A DNA stretch of 63,166 nt, counting the filler, from an uncultured Methanoregulaceae archaeon (GTDB lineage Archaea; Halobacteriota; Methanomicrobia; Methanomicrobiales; Methanospirillaceae): the NCBI GenBank assembly GCA_964530035.1. It is 9 parts of 9 records of this genome, joined end to end, with 100 filler letters (N's around TTAATTAATTAA, not from the genome) between each part and the next. Parts side by side here need not be neighbours in the genome. Positions count along the whole stretch, not along the records: positions 36,035 to 42,875 come from CAZGXZ010000144.1; positions 42,976 to 49,661 come from CAZGXZ010000145.1; positions 49,762 to 56,434 come from CAZGXZ010000147.1; 6 more parts are not named here. One strand, 5' to 3'. Positions 40,083 through 50,602 of the stretch are shown here, one piece after another. The translations under genes and the position numbers were made by a program. The notes below the pieces were generated by a model. That model was not told the origin of the DNA. It searched no databases and saw nothing but the letters and a program-made list of their open reading frames with translations. Each line of letters begins with the position of its first letter. Within the stretch, counting starts at the first letter, position 1.

Positions 40083-40736
40083 ATGCCAGACAAGGTAAAT
40101 TCGACGAATGATTCTCCGGTAGCGGTTTCTTTCAGGACTATTGCCCATTTCTTCGACCCTGATGACCCATCACCCGAGGATTGCCGGGAACTTTCGGAAC
40201 GGGCTGAGGGAATGATATACAAGGCGGTTGTGGACAGCATCCCAGGCGCCAGGGGAACTAAGAAAGGAAAAAAACTTGAAATTGTCTTTCCCGCAGCCGA
40301 TATTACCCAGGACCGTGGCAGGACTATCCCCATGGCAATCAGGGCCCATTATACTCTGAGGGAAAGGGAACTGCGCAGGGACATGGAGTTTACCGTCCGG
40401 GAAGGCCTTAGAGAGTTCCGGCTGACAACCGTGGTGTGTATCTTCCTGTTCAGCGGGATAGCTCTTGCTGTCCATTTCCCCCGTGAACCCTTTGCCGAAC
40501 TGGTTAAAAACGTCTTTATAATCTTCAGCTGGGTGGTCATATGGCAACCGTTCCAGTCACTGGTCTTCGACAGGTGGACTCTCTCTGAACGAGCCAGGAT
40601 ATATGCTTTGGTTACGGCGATGGAGATATCGGTTCGCCAGGGAGGGATCGCGGTTACCCCTGGCGGATGCTCGGGTGAGCTGCGAACCTGTGAACATGAC
40701 CTTGGGAAGCACCAGCCGGAGGAAAGACACGGGTAA
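40083..40736 (+). CDS. Hypothetical membrane protein
   Basis: FDPDDPSP...ELS motif, two TMs, WVVIWQP; co-oriented with the channel. Confidence 0.75.
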   Translation: MPDKVNSTNDSPVAVSFRTIAHFFDPDDPSPEDCRELSERAEGMIYKAVVDSIPGARGTKKGKKLEIVFPAADITQDRGRTIPMAIRAHYTLRERELRRDMEFTVREGLREFRLTTVVCIFLFSGIALAVHFPREPFAELVKNVFIIFSWVVIWQPFQSLVFDRWTLSERARIYALVTAMEISVRQGGIAVTPGGCSGELRTCEHDLGKHQPEERHG

Positions 40737-40894
40737 GAATATTTTTTAGAGCATACCTCTCATAAGGAGCATTAATCACGTTTTTAGGAGTGGCAGGGTT
40801 AAAACAGCTGTATTTTTCTGAAGGGTACCACCTTTTGAATTGTTATAAAATTGCCGGTATTCGAAAATTTGAGTGGGGAATGATAATGCCGTGA

Positions 40895-42343
40895 TCAGGC
40901 ATTCGGCAAGACATCCTCCCTTCCTGCTGAAGTGTTCTCACCTGTCTTAACACCCAGCATGAGAGCAAGGGCAATGACCTGAAGGGCCATGCAGAATAAA
41001 AAAGCTGAATCAAATGCTGTAACCAGTTCAACAGGTCTGATAAGATGGGCTGATACATGGGCAAGTTTTGGCCCGAGACTGATTGTCATGACAAGGAGGG
41101 TGAGCGTGATCCCCAGCGTTGATCCGAGGTTTGTCATCATCTTGATAAGGCCTGAAGTCATGCCCCGTCCGGCCTCAGGGGAGGCTCCCATCAATGCACT
41201 GTTGAGTGGTGCATATGCAATTCCTGCACCCGCTCCAAGGATGAAGAGGTAGAATCCGGCCTCACCCGTGTGGCTCCGTACCGACAGGGTCGAGAGAAGG
41301 AAAAGAGCGATGACCATGACCAAAAACCCAAGCATGATAGGTTTCTTCGTCCCTATGACATCCGATACTTTGCCTGCTATAGGTCCCGTCAGGATATTTC
41401 CTACCGGGAGGGCAAGGAGGATAGCACCTGATGTCCCTGTCGGGAGTTCCTTGACGATCTCCAGGTAAAAGGGCATCAGGAACATTACCCCGGCAAGGCC
41501 GACCTGCAGAAGCATGATGGCGATGTTCTGAAAAGAGTAGGCCGTGTTCCTGAAGAGGGAAAGGGTAATCAGCGGTTCTTCTGCACGCTTTTCGCGGAAG
41601 TAAAACAGTATTAGAAACGCTATCGCGATAACCAGGAAGATCCCGCCGTTGCCGACCTCACCTCCCTGAATATTATTGAGACCAATAACCAGTGTCGAGA
41701 GCGCGACGAATACCAGCACGACTCCGGCAAGGTCCATCCGCGAACCTGGAGAGACAGGGTTTTTCGGAGGTATCATGGAGACCCCGGCAAGCAGGGCGAT
41801 GATGCCTACCGGGATATTCACGAGAAAGATGAATCTCCATGAGAATGCACTTGTCAGGAAACCACCAATTACCGGTCCGAGGGCCACCCCGAGCATGGTA
41901 AACATCGCCACGAGACCAAGCGCCTGGCCGCGGACCTGTTTACCGAGGTAGCTTGTGACCATGACCGACCCGAGTGCGGCAATAACGGCTCCTCCGACAG
42001 CCTGGACCATCCTGAAGATGATGAGCGACTCTACCGAGGGCGCTACTCCACAGAGGGCCGAACCTGCAGTAAAAATTGCAAAACCAATGAGGAAAATTTT
42101 TTTGTAGCCTTTAATATCGCCGATTTTTGCAGCGGCAAGGAGCAGGCTTACAAGGATGATCAGGTATGCGTTCAGGACCCACGAGGCGACGACGGTAGGT
42201 ACGGAAAATGACTTTGCGATACTGGGAAGGGCGATATTGACGATGGTGGCATCCAACCCCGCCATGAAGGAGCCAAGTGCGATGACCAGCACGATCGCAA
42301 GTTCTTTTCCCGTCATCCTTACCTGATTGGACTGCTCAGTCAT
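40895..42343 (-). CDS. MFS drug:H+ antiporter (DHA2/EmrB-QacA type)
   Basis: LDATIVNIALP, GPVIGGFL, WRFIFLVNIPVG. Start at ATG 42343. Confidence 0.94.
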   Translation of the reverse strand: MTEQSNQVRMTGKELAIVLVIALGSFMAGLDATIVNIALPSIAKSFSVPTVVASWVLNAYLIILVSLLLAAAKIGDIKGYKKIFLIGFAIFTAGSALCGVAPSVESLIIFRMVQAVGGAVIAALGSVMVTSYLGKQVRGQALGLVAMFTMLGVALGPVIGGFLTSAFSWRFIFLVNIPVGIIALLAGVSMIPPKNPVSPGSRMDLAGVVLVFVALSTLVIGLNNIQGGEVGNGGIFLVIAIAFLILFYFREKRAEEPLITLSLFRNTAYSFQNIAIMLLQVGLAGVMFLMPFYLEIVKELPTGTSGAILLALPVGNILTGPIAGKVSDVIGTKKPIMLGFLVMVIALFLLSTLSVRSHTGEAGFYLFILGAGAGIAYAPLNSALMGASPEAGRGMTSGLIKMMTNLGSTLGITLTLLVMTISLGPKLAHVSAHLIRPVELVTAFDSAFLFCMALQVIALALMLGVKTGENTSAGREDVLPNA

Positions 42344-42646
42344 GGTATCCTCCTTTCTTTCTTTTCCACGGAACCTGATATAAAGGGCGGTTTTCAAACG
42401 TGAAGAATCTGGATAACAACAATAGCCCATGCCTTTCACGCGTTCGTAGGAATACACCAGGGATGACGGCCTGGCCAGGCCGGTATCTGATCTGACCTGT
42501 TCTCCGGGTCACGGATGCATAGTAACCGTTTACCGAGATGAAGGGCACAATGATGAAAAAACGGAAAAAATTCCTGGATACACTGAAAATACTTCATGCC
42601 TTAGTGGGGGAGATATTTTAATAGATTCAATAAAGATCAATCAAAT

Positions 42647-42875
42647 ATGGACATGCCCCGGCCCCATTCCCTGTTGATCGTGCTTCTCGTTCTGCTGCTG
42701 TTGTTTTTTATGGCTGCTCCCTCATGTGCTGAAGCGCCTTACAAAAAAGGAATGCCCTATGTCACTGCTTCGATCAACCCGTATGTTATTTCCCCGGGTC
42801 AGACTTCAACTATTAAGGGAGTGGCAACAGGAAACCCCTCGCCTGGCATCGCGATATGGGTTCTAGGCCCGAACA
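42647..42875 (+). CDS. Secreted S-layer-like protein (3' truncated)
   Basis: Signal peptide followed by IKGVATGNPSPGIAIWVLGPN, a motif typical of Methanomicrobiales surface glycoproteins. Confidence 0.7.
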
Positions 42876-42975
42876 NNNNNNNNNNNNNNNNNNNNNNNNN
42901 NNNNNNNNNNNNNNNNNNNTTAATTAATTAANNNNNNNNNNNNNNNNNNNNNNNNNNNNNNNNNNNNNNNNNNNN

Positions 42976-43830
42976 CCCACGGACGAGAAATACATCTCCC
43001 CGCTGTACTCGAAGATAATCGCGGGCAGCTACCTCGGGGAAGGAGATACCGGCGAGATCATCATCGGAAAGACGGTCGCCGGTGACTCTTCGGTCAGGGA
43101 GGAGGACGAGTTCCAGGCCTCCCTTGGTGGGGTACGGGTCGGGGACTCGGTCACGATCGAGTACGGCAACGGTTTTACGAGGGACTACCGGGTCAAGGGC
43201 ATCTACGAGACGGGGTGGAACTCCGCAGACAGCACGGGTTATGTGACGTGGACGGACATGGAGCAGGTCGAGGGAAACATGCTCGACAAGGCAGACTATA
43301 TCACCGTGAAGGTCAAGCCCGGCTACTCCGAGAAGTTCGTGAAGGACATGCTCCAGAGCTACGGAGTTTCGCCAAGAGTGCAGACGACCGCCGACCTCCT
43401 TTCGAAGGGTATGGGACGGGTGCTCCAGAGCTTCGCCATCATCAACATGGTCTCCCTGATCGTGAGCATCATCATCACGACCATCGTGCTCTTCATCGTG
43501 ATCACGATCAAGACCATCAACAGCCGCAAGCAGATCGGGATCATGAAAGCGATCGGTGTCGACAAGGAGGTCATCATGCATAACTATGGCTTCCAGGTCA
43601 TCATCCTCGCGGTCTTCGGCATCCTGCTCGGGGCGGTCATCACCTCCATCCTCGCCGTCTACATGGCATTTCACCCGATCGTGACACCGGAGTGGTCTGC
43701 GACGCTGTACCTGACGCCGATGGACCTCCTCATGAACTCGCTCATCCTCTTCGCGGCCGCAATCGTCGCCGGCTACGTGCCTGCATACCAGGTGTCGCGT
43801 GAGGATATCCAGACCGCGATGAGGGCCTGA
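42976..43830 (+). CDS. FtsX/MacB-family ABC permease (5' truncated)
   Basis: Frame open from the contig start; RKQIGIMKAIG, YVPAYQVSR. Confidence 0.9.
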   Translation, partial: PTDEKYISPLYSKIIAGSYLGEGDTGEIIIGKTVAGDSSVREEDEFQASLGGVRVGDSVTIEYGNGFTRDYRVKGIYETGWNSADSTGYVTWTDMEQVEGNMLDKADYITVKVKPGYSEKFVKDMLQSYGVSPRVQTTADLLSKGMGRVLQSFAIINMVSLIVSIIITTIVLFIVITIKTINSRKQIGIMKAIGVDKEVIMHNYGFQVIILAVFGILLGAVITSILAVYMAFHPIVTPEWSATLYLTPMDLLMNSLILFAAAIVAGYVPAYQVSREDIQTAMRA

Positions 43831-43834
43831 TGCC

Positions 43835-44512
43835 ATGATCAGGACAACCGATCTCAGGAAGGTCTACCAGATGGGTGATGTCCAGGTGAAGGCACTGGAC
43901 GGAGTCGACCTCACCATTGACAAGGGGGAGTTTGTCGGGATTATGGGACCCAGTGGAAGCGGAAAGTCCACGCTCCTCCACATGCTCGGCCTCCTCGACC
44001 AACCGACGGATGGCCAGATATGGCTCGATGGTGTTGCCGTGAACAGGCTCACGGACTATGAAAAGACAATGTTCCGGCTGTACAAGCTGGGATACGTCTT
44101 CCAGGACTATGCCCTTGTCCCGGAACTGACGGTCAGCGAAAACGTAAGCCTGCCGGCCATGCTCAGGCTGGACAGGAACGAGGAGGAGATCGCCCGCTCC
44201 ACAACAGAGATCCTCGAACGGATCGGTATTGCCGACCGCTGCTGCCACCTCCAGAAGGAACTTTCAGGCGGCCAGCAGCAACGGGTAGCGATTGCCCGGG
44301 CGATAGTCAACAAGCCCGACATCCTGTTCGCCGATGAGCCCTGTGCAAACCTCGACACGGAAAACTCACGCATGGTGCTCGAATTGTTCAGGGAGATCAA
44401 CGACGAAATGAAGCAGACGATTGTCATGGTCTCGCACGAGGAATGGCACAAGGAGTATTTCCACCGGATCATCAAGCTCCGCGACGGAAAGATCATCGAT
44501 TACGGGAAATAA
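43835..44512 (+). CDS. LolD/MacB-type ABC ATPase
   Basis: GPSGSGKST, LSGGQQQRVAIARA, DEPCANLD. Confidence 0.95.
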   Translation: MIRTTDLRKVYQMGDVQVKALDGVDLTIDKGEFVGIMGPSGSGKSTLLHMLGLLDQPTDGQIWLDGVAVNRLTDYEKTMFRLYKLGYVFQDYALVPELTVSENVSLPAMLRLDRNEEEIARSTTEILERIGIADRCCHLQKELSGGQQQRVAIARAIVNKPDILFADEPCANLDTENSRMVLELFREINDEMKQTIVMVSHEEWHKEYFHRIIKLRDGKIIDYGK

Positions 44513-44753
44513 ACCTTCTGCCTGTTCCGACAGGCGGATCCGTACCGGAATTTCTCTCACTGCTCCGGGAAGCACGGAACCCACGCTTTACCACGAAGCA
44601 GGAATGGCCCTGATCAGGGATTCCCTCCCCCGGGAAGCTGCCATGATCCCGGGACCGTTTCATAAACCTCTTTTATCATGCCCTCCCACGGAACCGCATT
44701 CATTCCTCCCTGAAAGCAAGGGATGAATCAGACCGTCCGAGGATGAAGATACC

Positions 44754-46226
44754 ATGAAAAACCTGAACAGGACACTCAATGATGAAAACCTTGACCCAGA
44801 CGACTGGGAGGAGATGCGTGCCCTGGGCCACCGGATGGTCGATGATGTCATGGACCATCTTATAGCCCTGCGGGACCGTCCCGTCTGGACACACGCTCCG
44901 CCGGAGGTAAAGGCATCCTTCAACGGACCGCCCCCGGCGGGGCCGGAACCCCCGGGCGAAGTCTACCGCGAGTATCTCGAGAGGGTCCGGCCCTACCAGC
45001 TCGGCAACCACCACCCCCGGTTCTGGGGCTGGGTCGCCGGGTCCGGGACGGTGATGGGGATGCTCGCAGAGATGCTTGCGTCATCGACCGATGCGGTCAG
45101 CGGCTCCTTTTCCTACATGGCCAACAACTACGTCGAGATACAGGTCCTTGACTGGTGCAAAACGCTCCTCGGGTTTCCGCCCGGTGCCACCGGGCTCCTC
45201 ACGAGCGGCTGTTCCGCCTCGAACCTGATCGGCCTTGCGGTCGCACGGAACACGATGGCCGGAGCTGACATCAGGAACAACGGGATGCAGGGCCTCATGG
45301 AAAGCATGACCGTCTACTGCTCGGACGAGGCCCACTCCTCGGTCCAGAAGGCCGTTGAGCTCCTCGGGTTCGGGAGCAGGGCGCTCCGCCGGGTCCCGGT
45401 GAACGACTCCCTGGAGATGGATACCGAAGCCCTGATCAACATGGTCAGGGACGACCGTACGGCCGGGCTGAAACCCATCTGCATCGTCGGGGCCGCCGGG
45501 ACCACGAACACCGCGGCCATCGACGACCTTAACACGATCACCGACATCTGTGCGGCCGAAACGTGCTGGTTCCATGTCGATGGGGCCTTCGGGGCCTGGG
45601 CTGCCATCGCCCCGGGGTACAGCCACCTGGTGTCGGGAATGGAGCGTGCCGACTCGCTCGCCTTCGACCTCCACAAGTGGATGTACCTGTCATACCCAAT
45701 CGGCTGCATCCTCATCAGGAACCCGGAGCACCACCGGAAGGCTTTCTCGCTGACACCTACCTACCTCGCCCATGGAGAAGGGGACCGGGGGCTGACCGGG
45801 GTAGACGTGCCCTGGCTCTCCGATTACGGCTTCGAGTTGTCAAGGGGCTTTTCAGCACTCAAGGCGTGGATGACGTTCAAGGAGCAGGGGACGGACAAAT
45901 ACCGCCGGCTCATCAGGCAGAACATCGAACAGGCGCATTACCTGGGACACCTCGTCGAAGAAGCCCCCGACCTCGAACTGGCGCTCCCAGTCTCGCTGAA
46001 CATCGTCAACTTCCGGTATGTCCGGCCCGGCCTCACGGATGAGCAGTTGGATGAATTGAACAAGCGGATCGAGGTGGAACTCCAGGAGCAGGGCATAGCC
46101 GTCCCCTCCACCGTAACGGTCCGGGGCAGGAAATACCTCCACGTCGCCATCACGAACCACCGGAGCCGGTACGAGGACTTCGACCTCCTCGTCAGGGAGG
46201 TCCGGAGGATCGGCAGCGGACTGTGA
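44754..46226 (+). CDS. Group II PLP-dependent (aromatic-L-amino-acid-type) decarboxylase
   Basis: HPRFWGW, AHSSVQKA, WFHVDGAFG, SLAFDLHKW (PLP Lys), LSRGFSALK. Confidence 0.92.
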   Translation: MKNLNRTLNDENLDPDDWEEMRALGHRMVDDVMDHLIALRDRPVWTHAPPEVKASFNGPPPAGPEPPGEVYREYLERVRPYQLGNHHPRFWGWVAGSGTVMGMLAEMLASSTDAVSGSFSYMANNYVEIQVLDWCKTLLGFPPGATGLLTSGCSASNLIGLAVARNTMAGADIRNNGMQGLMESMTVYCSDEAHSSVQKAVELLGFGSRALRRVPVNDSLEMDTEALINMVRDDRTAGLKPICIVGAAGTTNTAAIDDLNTITDICAAETCWFHVDGAFGAWAAIAPGYSHLVSGMERADSLAFDLHKWMYLSYPIGCILIRNPEHHRKAFSLTPTYLAHGEGDRGLTGVDVPWLSDYGFELSRGFSALKAWMTFKEQGTDKYRRLIRQNIEQAHYLGHLVEEAPDLELALPVSLNIVNFRYVRPGLTDEQLDELNKRIEVELQEQGIAVPSTVTVRGRKYLHVAITNHRSRYEDFDLLVREVRRIGSGL

Positions 46227-46263
46227 GTGGTTGTGGATTTATTGAGTGCCGGGACCAATCATG

Positions 46264-46301
46264 AAAAAAGGGGGAAAGACTACTCTACGGTTCCTTTTTT
46301 T
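46264..46301. terminator. Candidate bidirectional terminator between convergent genes
   Basis: AAAAAAGGGGG...TTCCTTTTTTT imperfect inverted repeat with a T-run on each strand. Confidence 0.45.
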
Positions 46302-46353
46302 AAAAAATGGTTTTTCATAGGAGAATCAGGAACAGACCGTTTCATAACAGGTA

Positions 46354-46596
46354 TTATTGTATCATCCCTTTCCAAACCAAAGCCGCTCCGAAAAGGCCAA
46401 TCAGAACCCCCATGAACGGCGGCATCACCTGGGGGATGCCAATGATGACCGGAACGATGGGGAGCAGGATCATGAAAAGGCCGAGTCCGACAAGGAGGGC
46501 TCCGTTGTCAACGGGAAAAACCGGGCACAGACGTGTAGCATCCTCTCCTGCCGAGGGTGTCTTCCGACACTTCCCTGTGTCTTCCTTCTCATCCAT
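46354..46596 (-). CDS. Small membrane protein
   Basis: Two hydrophobic helices (ALLVGLGLFMILLP..., VLIGLFGAALVWKG). Confidence 0.6.
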   Translation of the reverse strand: MDEKEDTGKCRKTPSAGEDATRLCPVFPVDNGALLVGLGLFMILLPIVPVIIGIPQVMPPFMGVLIGLFGAALVWKGMIQ

Positions 46597-46826
46597 GGAC
46601 CACGCTTGAATCGCAGGGATTATTACTTCTTCGAAGGGACCTGGTTCTTCCATGAGTACCTTCATCCCGGGGATGAAGTACTGACCATGAGCAATGAAAT
46701 CATTCTCCATTCCAGGCCAATCCATATCAGGGGCTGAAATAAAGTTGGTTAAGCCGAACGAAAGCAAACAAGGATGGTATAAATAGACAAACATCCCTTC
46801 AGACAGGTGATGGAGGAAGACAGGCT

Positions 46827-47942
46827 TTGACTGATGCACCCCCGATTTCCATAACAACATCTTCAGGTACCGTCCTCGACCAGGTACAGGATGAAATAGC
46901 CCGACTATCGAAGATAAAACAGGGAATCCTCAGTGAAAAGCTGGGCTGGGCGGCAATTGTTGCGCTCATCCTGGCCGTCGGGCTGAACATATGGGGATTG
47001 ATCGCGTACACTACCAGTTATTTCCTGATATGGATCTCATCAAGCCTGTATTTTTATCTCTTCTACCCCCTGCTCCCTCTGCTTCTCTTCCCCTTCAGGT
47101 ACTTCCTCCAAAGCCGCGGAGGGCCTAAAGAAACTCATGACAAGGAATCGATCGTGACCTGGGCGAAGAATATCCAGGTATTCAGGAACAAGAAGGTTGG
47201 TTTAAGGCTGTTCCTCCGGTTCTTTATCTTAAGCCTTCTTCCGATGACAGTGGGAATGCTCTGCATCTACAGTCTCTCCATCCTCTACTCAGTCTATCTC
47301 GGTATAACCGGGATCATTCCCTTTGAAACATCCCGGCTCGTCTTCATCCAGGGTCTTGGGATCATTCTCTTCTACGTCGAAATCTTCTTCTTCAGGAACT
47401 ATATTTTCAAATTTGCACTGTATTTCAAGGACCAAAAGGGGAAAAGGAACAAGAGTCTCCTTTTTTTTGCCATCCTCGCCGTCGTCCTGGTCGTTGTCGG
47501 GACCATCATCGTCATCCTGCTTCTCGTGGCAATCCTGCTTCCCGGGTACACGATGAACAACTTCGTCGATGTATCGGAATTTGTCAAGGTCAGGACCCAC
47601 CTGTGGGTCTTCCTGCTCCTCGTGAGCCAGGTCATCATCATGCAGTTCCTGCAGCATGTCCTCAGCCTGAAGATCGGGAGGGACATGTGTGACAGCCTGT
47701 TGCAGAGACTGCACATCGCAGAAAAAGAATTGCAGTCAGCATCGAACCAGGGTGCAGACAAGGCCCCCCCCATGAAGGAACACCTGGTCCTTCTCAAGGA
47801 AACCGCCCTCTATGCGATCAGCAGGAGACAGATGTTCAAGCTGTTTCCCACGTACTCGGTAGGCCTCAACCTCCCTTCCCTCCTGAAATTGAACAACCTT
47901 TCAGAATTGAACGAGGTCTTTTCCGACACAGAGGAACTATAA
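46827..47942 (+). CDS. Hypothetical multi-pass membrane protein
   Basis: 371-aa ORF with about six TM segments. Confidence 0.8.
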   Translation: MTDAPPISITTSSGTVLDQVQDEIARLSKIKQGILSEKLGWAAIVALILAVGLNIWGLIAYTTSYFLIWISSSLYFYLFYPLLPLLLFPFRYFLQSRGGPKETHDKESIVTWAKNIQVFRNKKVGLRLFLRFFILSLLPMTVGMLCIYSLSILYSVYLGITGIIPFETSRLVFIQGLGIILFYVEIFFFRNYIFKFALYFKDQKGKRNKSLLFFAILAVVLVVVGTIIVILLLVAILLPGYTMNNFVDVSEFVKVRTHLWVFLLLVSQVIIMQFLQHVLSLKIGRDMCDSLLQRLHIAEKELQSASNQGADKAPPMKEHLVLLKETALYAISRRQMFKLFPTYSVGLNLPSLLKLNNLSELNEVFSDTEEL

Positions 47943-48061
47943 AGTTCCATTCCCCAGCCAAAGGTCATTTTTTCCGGAAAAAACACCCTGATGTGAAATG
48001 CCCCGGATGGCCACAACCCGATCCCTTTTTTAAGAAACAGCAAGAAGCCATAACATCAGGG

Positions 48062-49661
48062 ATGAGTTTCATGAAGAGAACCTTATTTGTGGTACTGATT
48101 ATTGCAGCCCTGCTGATCGGTCTCGTATCGGCAGCGGACGACTCGGTCGGCATCTCACAGCCCATAGGGGGAGATGTCGGGTATTATGATATCACGTCAA
48201 GCCCGAGCGGGGCATCTGTTACCTTGGACGGGAAGACGGCGGGGACGACTCCGACGACCGCATCCGTGTATTCCACCGGGACGCCCGGCCACACGATTGA
48301 AGTGACCAAGTCCGGGTACCAGGCCTGGAGCAAGACCTATCCCGGCAACCCGCAGGCAGGACAGCACGTAGCGGTCAACGCGGTCCTTGTCCCCGTAGCG
48401 ACCACCCCGGCACCCCCGGGGGGCGAGAAGGGGTATTACCATGTGACCTCAAACCCGGGAGGAGGCAGCGTGACCTTTGACGGGACGATGTACGGCTCGA
48501 CCCCGGTCACCATATCAGTCAGCACATCCGGGACCCCCGGGCATACTATCACGGTGACAAAATCCGGGTACCAGACCTGGAGCCAGTCGTATCCCGGCAA
48601 CCCTCAGTCCGGACAGACGATCAACGTCGTGGCCAACCTGGTCCCGGTCGAACAGTACGGGAACATCTACGTGACTTCCAGTCCTTCAGGGGCATCAGCG
48701 GTCCTTGACAACGGGTATGACCAGCTGTACACGCCGGGGACATTCAACACGGTCAGTGCGGGGTGGCACAACATCCAGGTCTCCCAGCCTGGCTACACGA
48801 CCTACTCGAACAGCGTCCTCGTGAGTTCCGGCCAGACCACGAACGTGTTTGCCCCTCTTTCCAGGTCCCAGCAGACCGGGTCGATCTCGGTTTCCTCGAC
48901 TCCCGTGTCGGCCAGTCTCTACGTGGACTCTATCTACCAGGGACTCACGAACCAGATCGTCAGCAACCTCGTCGCCGGTGCCCATACGGTCACCCTCAAG
49001 AAATCCGGGTACCAGACCTACCAGACCACGTCCATCGTGAACGGCGGGCAGATCACCTACCTGAGCGTCACCCTGACTCCGGTCTCGAGCCCGAAGACCG
49101 GTGACCTCGAGGTCACGTCGTCGCCTTCCGGTGCCTCGGTCTATCTCAACAGTGACTACCAGGGCGAGACCACCTCTTCAGGGCCGTTGTACGTCACCGA
49201 CCTGAACCCGGGGACCTATACGACCGTGCTGAAGAAATCAGGGTACCAGGACTATTCGACCACCACGACTATCGCAGCAGGAAGCACTTCGAAGGTATCT
49301 GCCACCCTCCAGCCATCATCAACCGCCCCTACAACTGCCAGTGTCGAGATCACCTCGCAGCCAAGCGGGGCCAATGTCTATGTCAACAACGCTTATGTGG
49401 GGATCACACCGATTTCTTTTGAAAATGTCCAGATTGACCCCTCGAAGACCTACACGGTTCAACTCAAACTCGATGGTTACGAACCTTATTCCTCGTCTGG
49501 TACCTTGAAACCGGGTCAAATCGTTCAAATCAGCGCGGCGATGACGCCGGTGGCAAAGCCGCCTGAACCTGCCGGGATCAACATGACCTGGCTCATCGCC
49601 GGGGGGGTTGTGGTCCTCGCCATCATCGCCGGTGCGGCCTACTTCCTGATGCAGAGAAAGA
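48062..49661 (+). CDS. PEGA-repeat cell-surface protein (3' truncated just after the TM anchor)
   Basis: Signal peptide, six repeats starting (I/V)(T/S)SxPxGAxV with K-x-GY, and a C-terminal TM. Confidence 0.92.
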
Positions 49662-49761
49662 NNNNNNNNNNNNNNNNNNNNNNNNNNNNNNNNNNNNNNN
49701 NNNNNTTAATTAATTAANNNNNNNNNNNNNNNNNNNNNNNNNNNNNNNNNNNNNNNNNNNN

Positions 49762-49813
49762 ATGGCTTAATCGAACCCCGATAGCAGTGGCCTCTGGCAG
49801 GATCAACCAGAAT
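49762..49813 (-). rRNA. rrs: 16S rRNA, first 52 nt (truncated by contig end)
   Basis: Reverse complement ATTCTGGTTGATCCTGCCAGAGGCCACTGCTATCGGGGTTCGATTAAGCCAT is the canonical euryarchaeal 16S 5' end. Confidence 0.97.
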
Positions 49814-49975
49814 TCTTTTCAGCACACTTCGCTTCGCTTAAAGGTCGGCGGTACACTTGGACGAATGTCCATATTGCCAGTATCTCCGTCAGAACCAACC
49901 CGGCTCATGGCCGGTCTCGTCGGTTCTCCATCACAGGGTTACTTATGTTGTCCCTGATGCCTTATCAAGATATCT
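49814..49975 (-). promoter_or_regulatory. rRNA operon 5' external transcribed spacer and probable promoter
   Basis: Directly upstream of 16S; stem AGAACC...CCGGC-TCATG-GCCGG...GGTTCT (49891-49927) and an AT-rich box near 49961-49975. Confidence 0.6.
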
Positions 49976-50602
49976 TCCGGGTCGGTCATGGACTGTTCTC
50001 AGCCCGTCCCGATGCCTGAAAAATATCCTCTCCCCGCCATGCACCCTCTTTCGTGCATGCACGGGAACCATATGCCGGGGCCTCCGGACTGAAGCCGTTT
50101 CTCCTGCTCCGGCCCTTCATGCGCCCCTTTGCGCCTCTAAATGTATGCATGTCCCATATATCAATATTCCCGTTTTGACCGGTACGGTACCTCGGGTCTC
50201 CTGCGAAAACCGTGTTTACCGGCTGTCCCGATTTTGCAGGCATACTCGTGGTACCATGGGTGTTTCATGTTTCCAGGGCCCCTGCCAGGACTTTTTTCAC
50301 CTGTCCCGACCTGGCCCGGGACCTACCCGTGATAGTGAGGGAAGGGAAAGCGCATGGCAGCACCATCTGATCCTGATCAGCCCGATTTCAGCAGCAATCA
50401 TAAATCAGATGACCTCAGTTGCGAAAAAACACTCTGCGCGGTATTTTTAGGTCCGTGGGGGATGCCGGGAGTCTCTTCACGGGGTATCCGGATCAATCCT
50501 ATGGCCCGCATCACGGGGGCATGGATTTGGAGGGGCAGGAGGTATTTTGTAAAGGACTGAGGTGGAAAAAAAGGAGGGCCCCCGTGTCCCGTTTCTTTTC
50601 CC

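Noticed and set aside
49857..50450. 197-aa Cys-rich ORF and neighbours
   Set aside because: Overlap the rRNA leader and promoter, with non-protein-like composition.
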